Source: Chiloscyllium plagiosum
Lineage: Eukaryota
Direction of reading: 5' to 3'
Assembly: GCF_004010195.1 (NCBI RefSeq)
Contig: NC_057751.1
Coordinates: 5,154,199 to 5,218,198, forward strand
DNA length: 64,000 nucleotides
Position 1 is the first letter of the stretch. Each line of letters opens with the position of its first letter. The notes under the pieces are model-generated. The model was not told the DNA's origin. It saw nothing but the letters and a program-made list of their open reading frames with translations, and ran no database searches. The position numbers were made by a program, and so were the translations under genes. This document shows positions 25,419 through 39,130 of this stretch, piece by piece.

Positions 25419-28400
25419 GTAAGGAGTGATCGCCCCTTCCCCCCACCTTCTGCCTGTTAGTTTCCAGCCTTGCTGAGTGTGAGTGTGTGTGTGGGGAGGG
25501 GGTCTCAGAATCACAGCTGCTGGAGAAGGAAACACATGACATTTTGCAGTCTGTGTGTGTATGTGTGTGTGGGGGGGGGCTCCCCCTCTGCATCTATAAC
25601 CAGTTACTGTGGAAAGCGAGGGGCTACCGAGAGCTCTGAACTGGTCATTCTTACCGAGGTGAACGGGGAGAAACAGTGACAGTCAGGAGCCTGATGCCCT
25701 TCACAGCTTGTGACGGTGGGACTGATAGTGCTGGTATTCTGTTTGAATCCCTGTATGCCAGGCCAATCCCCCGTGCACAGGACAGCCTTGGGGGAACTGG
25801 GTTGGAGAGGGCTGGAGGAACGTTGCTGTCTGTCTGTTAGGGTGAATGAACAGGATTCTCCATTGGGCTGACTCCCTGAGAGGTGTATGACAATGCCTCA
25901 GAGTGAGCAAGTTCCAGTCTATGTAAGGCAATAAAGTGAACCGGAAAGAGAGGTTGCAGGCGTGGGCATGGAGACAATAACTAATGATCCAGATTGAAAG
26001 ATGCATCGTTACTTGAGCAACATTGGTTGCTTCAACATTTGATGTGGTCAGATGTGACTATGCCTCTCCAGCTTCCATGTCCAGGTGCTGGTGTTTGCCT
26101 GGTAGGCTTCTATTGGCTGGTGTTACAAGCTACACTGATGTTCACCTTGCCTTTACTCTCTCAGGGGGATTTGGCAAGTCCTGGGTATTGGACTGACTGG
26201 CTCACTGGGCCATTACTCCAAGACAGTGAGAGGATTCTATGGATGTGGAGTCAGACGGGGATTAGAAAGGCACTTCCTCTTCCTGTCAAAAACGAGGAGG
26301 AGCTGAGAGTGACACAGATTTCTACCGTCAATGATGGTGGCCATCATTCCTGCACTGTGTACGGGAAGGTTCACTTAATTCATTGCCACAGAAGGCTGTG
26401 GTCATTGAGTATATTTAAGGCGGAGATGGATCGGTTCTTGATTGTCAAGGGGATCAAGGGTTACAGGCAGAAAGCAGGAAAATGGGATTTGAGAAACTTA
26501 TTAACCACGATTGAATGGCTGGGCAAACCCGATGAGCTGAATAGCCTATCTACTCCTGTGTCTTATGGAATTCCACTAGCTTTCGGAGTGGGATTTGAAC
26601 TCACTTTCCTGAGTGTGTTAATCTAGGGCCTGTAAAATGGCCAGACCAGTGACATGACTGTTGTCTCCCCCAAGCCCTGACCTTAAATACCTCTGGCTGA
26701 GTAGATTGTACAGTGTAGACACTCCATTCTCCCAATCTCCTGGTGTCTAACCCTCACCCTTCCCTTCCCTTCCCTTCTCCCCTTGGTGCCAATGCTAGCC
26801 CAGTCTCCAATTTCCCAGTGTAAAACACTGTCAGAGCCAAGCCAAAGCCCAGCTCTTTGCCCACACTGGACTCTCCTCTATCCCAGTTCTCCTCAATGTT
26901 TCACTGTGCAGGAGGATTGGAGATGACCTCATGACAATGACTGACAAACCCACCCCTGCCTTGTTGTTGCTTCTCAGTGGACAGGGGTAATCTGAATGCC
27001 TGCTGTTGTTGCCAGAGAGTGCACTGACAGACCATTCGGCCCATCTGCTGGGGGCTTGTGTGGGTGTTCCACATGAGCCTGCCCCTAGCCCTGTCATTGT
27101 CTCACCCTATCAACATATCTCATCCCTTTCTCACTCCCATCCACTCTCTGTTTATCCAACTTGATATGAAAGCGGCCCGCTCCCTGGGATTTGAAAGTTC
27201 AGAGCCTCTGGGGGACATTCTCGTGGGGACTAACCTACACTTCAGGTAGACACTGCTCTCCTACCATGGAAGCTTCATGTCTCTCCCTTGTTTCTGGTGC
27301 TGGGTATTTTGGTGAGACACCAGATTGGCAGGAATACAATCACTGCCGGACACAGGAACTGGTCACAAAACAAAGCTTGGAATGGGCCCAGTCTGTGATC
27401 CCTGATCCCATCTCAGAGCCTGAGCTGTGATTCCCATCTTGGAGCCTGGTCCCATGATTCCTGATCCCACGTTGGATCCCAGTCTGTGATCCCTGGCAGT
27501 GGGATCTCAGTTCCCCCAGCACACAAAGAAAGCTGAATCCCTGTGAATTGTGAGACAGTGAGCCAGCACTGACAGGGGCTCCTGCCCAGCATCCTGTCCC
27601 AATCTCATAGTCCACCTTGACCACCCTTAGCTGTTCCTGGATCCTGGCTCGATCCGTGCTCCAGTCCTGAGTGCACCCACCCATCTTGATGACTGTGCTG
27701 ATCCTGGCTGCTGGTCAATGTAACACTGTGACCATTCACAAAAGTCTCCCCCTCATGTTCAAGTGCCTGTGTGCTTTCACCTACCCCTACCTCTGTGTCT
27801 GTGTCTCTGTCTCGGTCTCGAGAACATCTCGCAGCACCCCCCCTCTGCCCCAATAACTCTCCAAGTGCTGAGCTAGCTTGAGTTACTGCGCCAGGCTAAC
27901 GGATAGACCGATGGACAGACAGGTGCTGGGATCGAGAACTCAGCTATTCCTTGTTCATATCCCCCTCCACTTCCTCTCCTTCCAAACCCCTCCTTAACCA
28001 AGCCCATCACTACCTGCCCTCAAAGGACCCGCACTCCGCCTGGGTCACGTTAGATTGGATTCTGGATCCTGGGAGGTGCTTTGGGACATATGACTGCAAG
28101 ATAAGGAATCATATCAATCATTTCAATCAGAGAAAAGAGAGAGGGTTGGAGGAACCCAACATTCCACGCCTGTTGGTGGGCAGAGTGGGGATGACAGAAG
28201 AGAGAACGTTTTGAATCTCATGATCCCCCCTTTTTCAGTTCTCAATGTTTGTAGAGTTAATTTCAGCCAAGAGGGATTGAAGGAACTGAGCACCCATGGC
28301 CAAATCCAAGAGGACACAGCCAGCCTGGGAGGTAGAGCTTTCCTACAGCAGCAGAGGGACTCGGAAGCTTAGTGTTAGAATAACAGGACCAATCCCACCT

Positions 28401-29364
28401 GACATGTTCTCATCTGCTCGGTGACCTGCTGGGAAAGGACAGAGCAGGATTCAACTTCTGCCTCAGTGCTCAGAGCTGAGCTGGAGGGGGATAATGTCCA
28501 GCAATAACGTGTTTTATAGAGCTGCAAACAAACAGCATTCAGGAGCTGCACCGAAGAGAACAATGACAACATTTGAAAGCCATTTGAACATGGAGGTGGC
28601 TCGGAGGGGTTCAGGGGGATATGGGCATGTGTGACCAGTTCCATTTCGGAAACCTGGTCAGCATGGAGGAGCCTGTTTTTGTGCTGTATACCTCGATGAC
28701 TGTTTTGGGCGAACAGCTCCTACAGGCACGATGGGCCATACAGTGTGTGCGTGTGTGCAGAAAGGAAGGGAATATAAACAGCACTGGAACCAATCCCTGC
28801 CAGGTGGCAGGTGGATATCGGGATACAGGGAGAAGGTGAACTCCCAGGCTGGAGGTCAGGACACACAAGGGTGTGAGAGATTACGTCTTCTCTCTCACCA
28901 AACTGTCAGGGCTGACAGCTTATAATCCGTTCCTCATCCTTCTGATAATATCAAGCCCTGTGTCTGCAGGAGGCTGAAGGAACCACATGAGAACATGCAG
29001 CCCCCCTGAGCGTGCTCCCACCAAGTGGCCAGAACAGGATCCATTATCCCCGGAGTTCCCTCACTGAACCACAAAAGGGGGGAAATCAGCCAACCTCTCC
29101 CAGTTCCAAATATGACCTGTGTCCCTGATGATGGGCCTGAAAATGTGCAACCCTGACAGGCAGTGATAGAGTTCTTCAGCAAACTCCCAGTGTTCAATCC
29201 TCTGAAAGATTAAACCTCTTAGAGACCTACACTGTCAGAGGAGGGAGCTGTCCCTGCTATCCTGGTGCACGTTTATCACTCAGTTCATAACACTCAGACA
29301 GATTCTCTGGACATGATCACTTCCTGACAATGACAGAGTTTGCAAAAGGAGGACTTCATTGAAT

Positions 29365-29646
29365 TAGAATCCCTCCTGTGTGGAAACAGTTCCTCAAAGA
29401 GGAACCCATCCCCCAACCTCTTTATACCCCTGACTAATGCACCTAGTCTACACATCCCTGAACATTATCAGGCAACGTAGGCTGGCCAATTCACCTGGCC
29501 TGCACATCTTTGAACTGTGGGAGGAAACCAGAACAAACCCATGTTGACACGGGGAGAACGTGCAAACTCCACACCTGAGGCTGGAATTAAACCCAGGTCC
29601 CTGGTGCTGTGAGGCAGCAGTGCTAACCACTGAGCCACTGTGCTGC
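29365..29646 (-). mobile_element. HE1-type SINE
   Basis: Reverse-complement tRNA-like head gcagcacagtggctcagtggttagcactgctgcc; homologous to 1336-1652. Confidence 0.8.
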
Positions 29647-29999
29647 TCTAGACTGAGAGCTGACAAGAGTGATACCTGTCCTGTCAATGGACGATATCAA
29701 TGTTGAACAACATTGGAAAGGACAGCAGTGTTGGAATCACAGGCAGGGTGTTGATCTTTGAAGTATGTAGGAGTGAGGGGAGGGACGTGGTACACAATAT
29801 GGTACTGTCTAGTCTACAGTATAACTAACTGTAATGTAGAGGAATTCGCAGTTAGAAACTAGAGAGCCAGTCACCAGCGTGCACTGGCATTTCCTCCAGC
29901 TCATCAAAGTGATCACGCAGAGGATAGCTGCTGGGGAAGTGGGGTTGTTATTTTCCCTTTCCCATTGCTGTCTCCTCAGACCTGAACTCCTCAAGACAC

Positions 30000-30186
30000 T
30001 GTGTGAGTGAGAATGTGAGTGAGTGTGCGTGTGAATGTGTGTCTAAATAAGTGTGTGTGCGTGTGAGAGTAAATGTGTGTATGTGAGTGAGTGAGTGAAG
30101 TGTGAGTGAGTGTGCATGGGTCTAGGGGTGTGTGTGTGCGTAAGGTATATGTGTGAGCTTGAATGTGTGAGAGAGAGAGAGAGAGG
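30000..30186. repeat. Imperfect (GT)n/(GAGT)n/(GA)n microsatellite
   Basis: Visible dinucleotide runs. Confidence 0.8.
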
Positions 30187-31169
30187 AGAAAGTGGTCATG
30201 AGAAAAATCAGATGTGTTCCTGAAAGTGATTGTGCACTCACACAGAGGCATCAGAAAGGGAGGCATGGGGGTGGACTGTGCATGTCAAAGCTTGTTTTGA
30301 GTGTCTGAAAGTTCAGCAAGAAGATTGCACCCGTGTTAGTTGAGTTCTGTTACAGGATGTGGCTTTGCTGATAACGCTGCAGTGCTGGAGAGACTGTACA
30401 CCTTCAATGGGGAAACTAGCTCAGCTTACTCAGCTCAGGCAAGGCAAGAGAGCTTGTACTCTCCCTCAGGCAGAGCTGAGAGCTGCTGTACCTTACATGT
30501 AGACTAACTCAGCACACTGACCCATCATCAAACCCACCAACCTCAAACAAAAACCCCCAGTGCTGGGGAAACCTCGTCAGTCTGGCAACATGTGTGGAGA
30601 TAGAGAGAGAGGAACAGAGTACATGTGTTCAGTCAGTCTTCTTCAGAGCCCAGGCCATTCTAACAGTGGGGTGGGCAGACACAGGGAGAGGTGAGGGCCG
30701 GAACATTTCCAGTGCTCAGTGGTTTGGGAAGAGCCTCCTGTCTTCTTGACCCACAGATCTTTATTATCAAATACTGCCATTTCTCAGACACACGTGCAGG
30801 CACAGGCAGTGTCAGGAAATGGCCCACTCAGAATGAAATTGGAACAAGAACTGGTCTTGACACAGGTTTCGCTGAGTTTTGCTGTGAACGTTGACCCTTT
30901 ACACAAACTGGGGTATCTAGTTTTCCATTCCCTGGGTGGTGCTAACCCACTGGTATCTGCTCCAAGTGCTTACTGTTTGTGTATCTGAGATCCAGCAGCC
31001 TGATGTCCTAAAGCATAGGATCAGGACCTTGTTACAATCTCCAAATCCACCCAGAACTTCGAAAACAAAAAGAAACATTGGACTCCTCGCTGACCAAGTT
31101 AAAGGAATTGGTCAACGAGGTTACAAGTCGGAAGACTTTTACTGTAACAAACAAATTAAAAGCAACGGG

Positions 31170-31496
31170 GGTGGCACGGTGGCACAGTGGTTAGCACTGC
31201 TGCCTGACAGCGCCAGGGACCCAGGTTCAATTCCCGCCTCAGGCGACTGACTGTGTGGAGTTTGCACATTCTCCCCATGTCTGTGTGGGTTTCCTCCCAC
31301 AGTCCAAAAGATGTGCAGGTCAGGTGAATTGGCCATGCTAAATTGCCTGTAGTGTTAGGTAAAGGGGTAAATGTAAATGTAAATGTAGGGGTAGGGGTAG
31401 GGGTTGGGGTACGGGTGGGTTGCGCTTCGGCGGGTCGGTGTGGACTTGTTGGGCCGAAGGGCCTGTTTCCACACTGTAATGTAACCTAACCTAATC
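31170..31496 (+). mobile_element. HE1-type SINE
   Basis: ggtggcacggtggcacagtggttagcactgctgcc...ggttcaattcccgcc...gggccgaagggcctgtttccacactgtaa. Confidence 0.85.
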
Positions 31497-32586
31497 AACA
31501 GGGACAAACAATTCACAGAAGGCAACTGAGACTCAAAACAAGAGTGAAGATATTCCCTCGTCAGACACCAATTAGACAGATATCCTCATGATCACTGTCC
31601 ATTTGGCAATGCCCTCTCCACAGGATTACAGAACCCACTCCAGATTTACTCCTGGTTTTCAGTCGGTGATTCTCTCTGTTTCACTCAGAATCCACGACCA
31701 ATGACTGTAAAAGACCGACACCCTCTGCTGACTCCTTTAGATTCCCACAGCTTCCTTTCTCTGGACTTTATAAACAAAACACGTACTTTGGTGGAACGTG
31801 GGTTCATTGATAAGACCGCTGTTTGGTGCCCGTCCCTAATTGCCCTTGAACAGAGGGCAGGGAAGGGTCAACCACATTGGTGTGGGCCTGGAGTCATGTG
31901 CAGGGTAGAGGGGGCAGATGTCTTTCCCTGAAGTCAGGACATGGGGGAATAGAGGGTGGACAGGGTGTATTTGTTTCTGGCAGTAGGTTTGTAGTCACTA
32001 TGATGGAGATGTCTTTCATCTTCCAGGTGGCTAGGAACCGGATTAGGAATTGCACCAGTTACGGTGCAGGGTGGGGTGGAATTGAAATCCACAGCTCCAG
32101 AGCATTGGGCCTGGTTATCTGGATGTTGTCACCATGTTCCTCCCTGGCCCTCTCAGGTCTAAAGCATGTTTTCCTGCCCCCATGCGATAGTCCTGCTGAC
32201 TGCAGCAAAGCGAATCTCCAATGATTGCTCACCGTCTTCCCCATCTGAAGGTGAGCATTGTCATAACACCTTGGAATGCCCTCTGAGGAGGTATGGGGGC
32301 TCTGGAAGAGTTTGGGCGAGTGATGGAGGGAGGTTTGGTGACTCTGAGAGACCTGGAAGGTGGAAGAGGGCTGCGTTTCTGCTCAGAACGACGAGTCGGT
32401 ATCAGCTAGCAACTGAGCTAGGAGGGCGTGGACTGGGGGGTCATGTTCTGCTGTTTTGGGTCTTAGTGAAATCAGGGTCACTTGACACAAAGCCATCCAA
32501 TTGGCCTTTGGCTGTGAAACGTGGAGCTTGCATTTTGGCAAATGCAGATTTTGGAGAGGGGTGAGGGAGTAGTGCCGGGCTCCCAT

Positions 32587-32730
32587 TTTTATCTCTCAAC
32601 ATCCCCCGCCCCCCTCAGCCCACAAGCCTCATTCCTGAAGAAGGGCTCGGGCCTGAAACGTCGATTCTCCTGCTCCTCAGATGCTGCCTGACCTGCTGTG
32701 CCTTTCCAGCACCACACTCTTCGACTCTGC
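32587..32730 (+). mobile_element. Penelope-like terminal repeat with minimal hammerhead core
   Basis: CTGAAGA-A-GGGC-TCGG-GCCT-GAAA-CGTC from 32635; family tail follows. Confidence 0.7.
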
Positions 32731-33849
32731 TCCTGTGTTGACCATCTCTTGCTGGCCAGAATCCAAAAACACCAAGAGAAATTGCTGGAGCAACTCAGTA
32801 GATCTTGGCAGCATCTGTGGAGAGCAAGAGAGACAGAGACAGTGTGAGAGAGAGAGTGAGAGAGAGAGAGACAGAGAGAGACACACACAAACAGTGTGTG
32901 GACAAAGAAATGGGAAATGGTCAGTCAGGGGGGAATCAGTAACTACTAATGGGGGCCATGGTGACCAACAATGGCAGCCTGTTTGAGAACAAAAACAAGG
33001 CTGTGTGTGTGTGCGCGCGCGTGTGCAAGAGAGAAAGAGAGGGGGAGAGAGTGAGAGTGTGTGTGTCTGTGTAGGGGGTGGTGGGGAGCGGTAGGTGGGA
33101 TGGTGGTTTGGGATAAGGACCTGGAAGACAGTGTCCAGGCCTACAGAGAGAGACAAACACACAGAGCACTGTGTGCACTCCCAGCTGAGTCACACACATA
33201 TTGGTGATACTGTCACATACAACATGCACTGCCAGAAATAACCCCTTCTCCTCCCCCCCCGCTGGGTCAAGATATATCACAGGAAATCAGCCGAACAGAT
33301 GTGAGGGGGTGTAGGCAGGTTGAGGAGCTGAGAAGATGAAACTCAGGTCACATCATGCTTTTAAAAAAAAAAGACTTGTGTTCTCAAAGGCCTTTGCACA
33401 GGCAGCAAAAAATCCCAAAGCATTTCGAGTCAGAGAGGTCTACAGCACAAAATCAGGCTGTTCAGCCCATTGAGTCTGTCCTGGTCCAGAAACAAGCACC
33501 TCGCTGCTCTAACCCTATTTCCCAGCACTTGGCCCATAACCTGGCCATCACAAGTGTACACCTCAACTTTCTCGATGTGATGGAGGTTTCTGCCTCTCCC
33601 ACTCTCACAGGCAGTGAGTCCCACCACTCTCTGGGTGAGATATATCTCTCTCACATCCCCTCGAAACCTCCTGCCCCTTAGCTTCGGTCTCTGGCCCCTG
33701 GTTGTTCATCAAGGGGGAATTGTTCCTTCCTCTCATCACTGTCTATCGCCCTCAGCATGTTATCCATCTCCATCATGTGTGTATTCTCTGTTCCCATCTC
33801 CCTTGGACAGACATCCCACTCTTCGAGGGTAAAACAGGCCCAGTCTTTA

Positions 33850-34124
33850 GGGCAGCACGGTTGCTCAGTGGTTAGTATTGCTGCCTCACAGCACCAGGCA
33901 CCGAGGTTCAATTCCACCCTCAGGCAACTGTCTGTGTGGGAGTTTGCACATCCTCCCTGTGTCTGTGTGGGTTTCCTCTGGGTGCTCCAGTTTCCTCTCA
34001 GTCCAAAGGTGTGCAGGTTTCAGTGGATTAGCCATGGGAAATGCAGGGTTACGGGGATAGGGTGGGATGCTGTCTGGAGGGTCAGTGTGGACTCGATGGG
34101 CTGAATAGCCTGCTTCCACACTGT
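33850..34124 (+). mobile_element. HE1-type SINE
   Basis: gggcagcacggttgctcagtggttagtattgctgcc...gggctgaatagcctgcttccacactgt. Confidence 0.8.
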
Positions 34125-34904
34125 GTGAGGCCAGCTCAGTGTGGTGTGGGGACTGGGGCAGCCCTGAGGTATATGCTGGGGAGTACAGGCTGTGGGGAAG
34201 GGGAACTGGGTTTCTCAGCCTCTCAGTCAGTGCATTCTGCTGCCTGACTCTGCTGAGAGCTTCCTGCATTACTTCCTGTTTTCCTCACAGCTCTCTCGCC
34301 CTTGCAGCGATGCACTCGTGCCACCTCTCAGCCTCACCTAGGGTCATGTTCAGGCTGCTGTAGGGCAGGGAGCAGAGTGCTGACCTCATCCTCTGAGCCA
34401 ACACTGCCCTTCAATGACAGTGCTGCACTCCCACGGTGTGGCCCTGGGGATGTCAGGCAAGGTCAAGCCCTGCAACCCTCAAAGGGGGGATGTGAGTCTG
34501 TGTGTGTGTGTGAGAGTGTGAGAGTGTGTGAGCGAGTGAGCGAGTGAGTGAGACTCTCGACCTGCCTACTCAGTACGTGGTGCTAGCAGACTGTGTCGAT
34601 CTCACTTTCCGATCTGGGTCTTGTGTCCGAGTTGAGGGAACCACAGGCCAGGGAGAAACCAGCTTCATGGTTTTGCAGCTATGCCTCTGGCCTGGGCTGG
34701 TATCCTGAGGTTGAAGATGAGTCACCAGCAGAATGCCATGCAGTTCCTTCTGTAGTCCAGGTGGGTAGTGGAGCACAGAGTGCAAAGGGAGCCAGGGTTA
34801 AAATCACAGACTGCCGACAGGGAGGGGAGCCTTGATCGATGCTTTGAAGGGCTACGACGTGCAATTCTCCCAATGTCTCCTTCACTTCTAAACACACAAC
34901 TCTG

Positions 34905-35255
34905 CTTCATGAGAGGTTCAGGCCAGATCTTGGTGGAGTAGATGCGGGGAGGCTGTTTCCCCTTGTGGGAGAGTCTGGGACCAGAGGGTGTCGTCTCAGA
35001 GAAAGGGAGTGATGAGGAGGAGTTTCTTCTGTCTGAGGGGAGTGAAGCTGTGGGATTCTTTCCTGCAGAGGGATGGTGAGGCTGGGGGGTCTATTCAAGG
35101 CTGAGACAGATTTGTAATCAGTGAGGGGGAACGAAGGGCTGTGCGGAACAGGCAGGAAAGAGGAGTTCAGGAAGATCATTTTAGCCCCAATCTCAGTGAA
35201 TGGCGGAGTCGACTCGATGGGCTGAATGGCCTCCTGCTGTTCTCATGTCTTATGG
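34905..35255 (+). mobile_element. CR1 LINE 3' fragment (related to 48690-49190)
   Basis: ttccccttgtgggagagtctgggaccagagggtg...ctcagaga...gactcgatgggctgaatggcctcctgct tail shared with 48900-49190. Confidence 0.65.
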
Positions 35256-36389
35256 ACAAAAAGAACAGATGGAGTTCACTCCCCACTCTAAACCTGCCTT
35301 GGCCTATCCCCTGAGTTGATCTTATCAGTCCATTTCCCTGTCTCGATGGTGCACTCCTTTGTGACTGAGAGAAAAAGGACGCAATTCATCCTCAAGGAGA
35401 AATCTTCAACTGACGGTCAGTTTCGACAGGGCTGTGTGGGTGGGTGACCCTGACCCTGAAGGGAACTCAGAGGTTGCAGAATAACTTTGCTGGGTGTTAC
35501 TACTGAATAGACCAACTCCAGTCGAAAACAGGACAAGGGGTCAAGAGAGAGTGCTGCTGTTCGAAGGCACACTTGACGGCTCTGTCAGCTCAAGAGGAGA
35601 CAAAGCAAGCAGCTGTTCATGGAGATGGCTGTGCTCTCAATAAGAATGCCATGTCACTCTGTGTTAATGAGAACCAGAGACTTTGAAACCTCTCCTGAAC
35701 TTTGCCATTGAACAATGGAACCAAGTCGTTCAGACACATCCCAGACCGTCTCTGAGCACTGCAAAGTCATTCTCCAGGACAAAGTGGGATGTCAGATACT
35801 TTCACACAACTTCTGCTGTTCTTATTCCCTCATGGGACATGGGGGTCACTGGCTGGGCCCAGCATTTCCTGCCTGTCCCTCGTTGCCACCTTGAGAAGGT
35901 GGGCGTGAGCTGCCTCCTTGGAGCTGCTGCAGTCTGTGTGTTGTAAGTTAATCCACAATTCCCTGAGGGAGGGAATTCCAGGATTTTGACTGTCACACTC
36001 CTGTTTTCCTGGCGATTCAGCTCTGAACAGATACTGCAAACGCCTTACAGTTTGTAACGGCTAGGGTTCACATCTTGGCTTTCTGACAGATCCACCTTTC
36101 TCCTTTTGTCAATCAGACGAGCATGAATTTCAGAAACAAATCACTTCCAAACTCTGGCCCTTTTTCACTGGGTGGGGAATGAGCTGCTCACACAATGCAC
36201 TCAATCACCTCTTCATTCATGTGAAAGACTGCACCATCTCAAACTGAATGCAACCACTTCTGCCTTATTTTTCACACCAGTACGATGAGCTGTTCTGATG
36301 TGCCTTTTTACTCAGCATTCCAAGGGACACGGCTCTTGCTGGTAACAGTCAGTTCCATCATGTAATGTCAGTCCCACAACCTGACAATG

Positions 36390-38890
36390 CCAGGTACAGA
36401 GGGGATGGAACCCAGTACGGAGGGGATCATTCCCAGTACAGAGGGGATGGAACCCAGTACGAAGGGGATCATTCCCAGTACGGAGGGGATCATTCCCAGT
36501 AGGGGGGGATGGAACCCAGTACGGGGGGATCATTCCCAGTACAGAGGGGATGTAACCCAGTACGGAGGGGATCATTCCCAGTACAGAGGGGATGTAACCC
36601 AGTACGGAGGGGATGGAACCGAGTACGGAGGGGATCATTCCCAGTACAGGGGGGATCATTCCCAGTACGGAGGGGATGGAACCCAGTACGGAGGGGATCA
36701 TTCCCAGTATGGAGGGGATGGAACCCAGTACGGAGGGGATCATTCCCAGTACGGGGGGGATCATTCCCAGTACAGAGGGGATGGAATCCAGTACAGAGAG
36801 GATCATTCCCAGTACGGGGGGGATGGACCCAGTAGGGAGGAGATCATTCCTAGTACAGAGGGGATGTAACCCAGTATGGAGGGGATCATTCCCAGTACGG
36901 AGGGATGGAACCCAGTACGGAGGGGATCATTCCCAATACGGAGGGGATGGAACCCAGTATGGAGGGGATCATTCCCAGTACGGAGGGGATCATTCCCAGT
37001 ACGGAGGGATGGAACCCAGTACGGAGGGGATCATTCCCAGTACGGAGGGGAACATTCCCAGTACGGAGGGGATGGAACCCAGTACGGAGGGGATCATTCC
37101 CAGTACGGAGGGGATCATTCCCAGTACGGAGGGATGGAACCCAGTACGGAGGGGATCATTCCCAGTACGGGGGGGATCATTCCCAGTACGGAGGGATGGA
37201 ACCCAGTACGGAGGGGATCATTCCCAGTACGGAGGGGAACATTCCCAGTACGGAGGGGATGGAACCCAGTACGGAGGGGATCATTCCCAGTACGGAGGGG
37301 ATCATTCCCAGTACGGAGGGATGGAACCCAGTACGGAGGGGATCATTCCCAGTACGGAGGGATGGAACCCAGTACGGAGGGGATGGAACCCAGTACGGAG
37401 GGATGGAACCCAGTACGGAGGGGATCATTCCCAGTACGGGGGGGATCATTCCCAGTACGGAGGGATGGAACCCAGTACGGAGGGGATCATTCCCAGTACG
37501 GAGGGGATGGAACCCAGTACGGGGGGGATGGAACCCAGTACGGAGGGAATCATTCCCAGTACGGTGGGGATCATTCCTAGTACAGAGGGGATCATTCCCA
37601 GTACGGGGGGGATGGAACCTAGTACGGAGGAGATCATTCCCAGTACAGAGGGGATGTAACCCAGTAGGGAGGGGATCATTCCCAGTACAGAGGGGATGGA
37701 ACCCAATACGGAGGAGATCATTCCCAGTACAGAGGGGATGGAACCCAGTAGGGAGGGGAGCATTCCCAGTACAGAGGGGATGTAACCCAGTACAGAGGGG
37801 ATGTAACCCAGTACAGAGGGGATGGAACCCAGTACGGAGGGGATGGAACCCAGTACAGAGGGGATGGAACCCAGTACGGAGGGGATGGAACCCAGTATGG
37901 AGGGGATGGAACCCAGTACAGAGGGGATCATTCCCAGTACGGGGGGGATGGAACCCAGTACGGAGGAGATCATTCCCAGTAGGGAGGGGATGGAACCCAG
38001 TAGGGAGGGATCATTCCCAGTAGGGAGGGGATCATTCCCAGTAGGGAGGGGATCATTCCCAGTAGGGAGGGGATGTAACCCAGTACAGAGGGGATGTAAC
38101 CCAGTACAGAGGGGATGGAACCCAGTACGGAGGGGATAATCCCCAGTATGGAGGGGATGGAACCCAATACAGAGGGGATCTATCCCTGTATGGAGGAGAT
38201 CATTCCCAGTACGGAGGGATGGAACCCAGTACGGAGGAGATCATTCCCAGTACAGAGGATGGAACCCAGTATGGAGGGGATAATCCCCAGTACGGAGGGG
38301 ATGGAACCCAGTACAGAGGGGATCTATTCCTGTACGGAGGGGATCTATCCCCTGACAGAGGAAAATCAATCCCAGTTCAGAGGAGATCGATCCCAGTACG
38401 GAGGGGATCATTCCCAGTACAGAGGGGATCATTCCCAGTACAGAGGGGATCATTCCCAGTACAGAGGAAAATCGATCCCAGTACGGAGGAGATCGATCCC
38501 AGTACGGAAGAGATTGATCCCAGTACGGAGGGGATCATTCCCAATACGGACGAGATCAATCCCAGTACGGAGGAGATTGATCCCAGTACGGAGGAGATTG
38601 ATCCCAGTACGGACGAGATCGATCCCAGTACGGAGGGGATCATTCTCTGTATAGAGGGGATCATTCCCAGTACAGAAGGGATCTATCCCCTTACAGAGGA
38701 AAATCAATCCCAGTATGGAGGGGATCATTCCCAGTACGGAGGGGATCATTCCCAGTACGGAGGGGATTGATCCCAGTACGGAGGGGATCGATCCCAGTAC
38801 GGAGGGGATCGATCCCAGTACGGAGGGGATCGATCCCCTTAGAGGAAAATCAATCCCAGTCAGGGGAGATGTAGGAAATGTGACCCCAGT
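36390..38890. repeat. G-rich minisatellite, ~21-bp unit CCCAGTACGGAGGGGAT(CATT/GGAA), ~2.5 kb
   Basis: Over 100 tandem units with interspersed variant types; lies in ARHGAP25 intron 1. Confidence 0.97.
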
Positions 38891-39130
38891 ATGTCTGAGC
38901 ACTTAAGGATAGTCATGTCAAACTTCTCAACTTTATTTTCTTCTTTTTCTACTTTGTAAAAAGAAAGGTTTTGTACCTCGGGTGGTGCTGGGAATGGGGA
39001 CATTGTAGAGTTTTCGCTGTACTCCTGTACTTGAGTATGTGACAGATTGTGGAACCCCCTCCTGGAAGCTGGGGATGAGTGATTGAAAGTTATGTTTTGT
39101 GATTTGTGTTTGTTTGCTAACTGTTGCTAG

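Noticed and set aside
29120..29150. CTGATGATGGGCCTGAAA hammerhead-like string
   Set aside because: No formable stem II with loop and no PLE family tail; probably chance or too decayed.
1336..34124. tRNA genes suggested by A/B-box-like sequences
   Set aside because: They are heads of HE1-type SINEs followed by SINE body and CR1-like tail; no complete cloverleaf.
34681..34705. Alternative first coding exon ATGCCTCTGGCCTGGGCTG|gtatcc in phase with exon 2
   Set aside because: Weak donor and no homology support; not annotated.
36390..38890. CRISPR-like array
   Set aside because: Units abut directly with no unique spacers; no cas genes; vertebrate context.
36312..38906. Long ORFs (up to 372 aa; MEPSTEGIIPSTEG..., GGDHSQY...) suggesting a repetitive protein
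   Set aside because: Artefact of a stop-free 21-bp minisatellite open in several frames on both strands; intronic, with no supporting splice structure.
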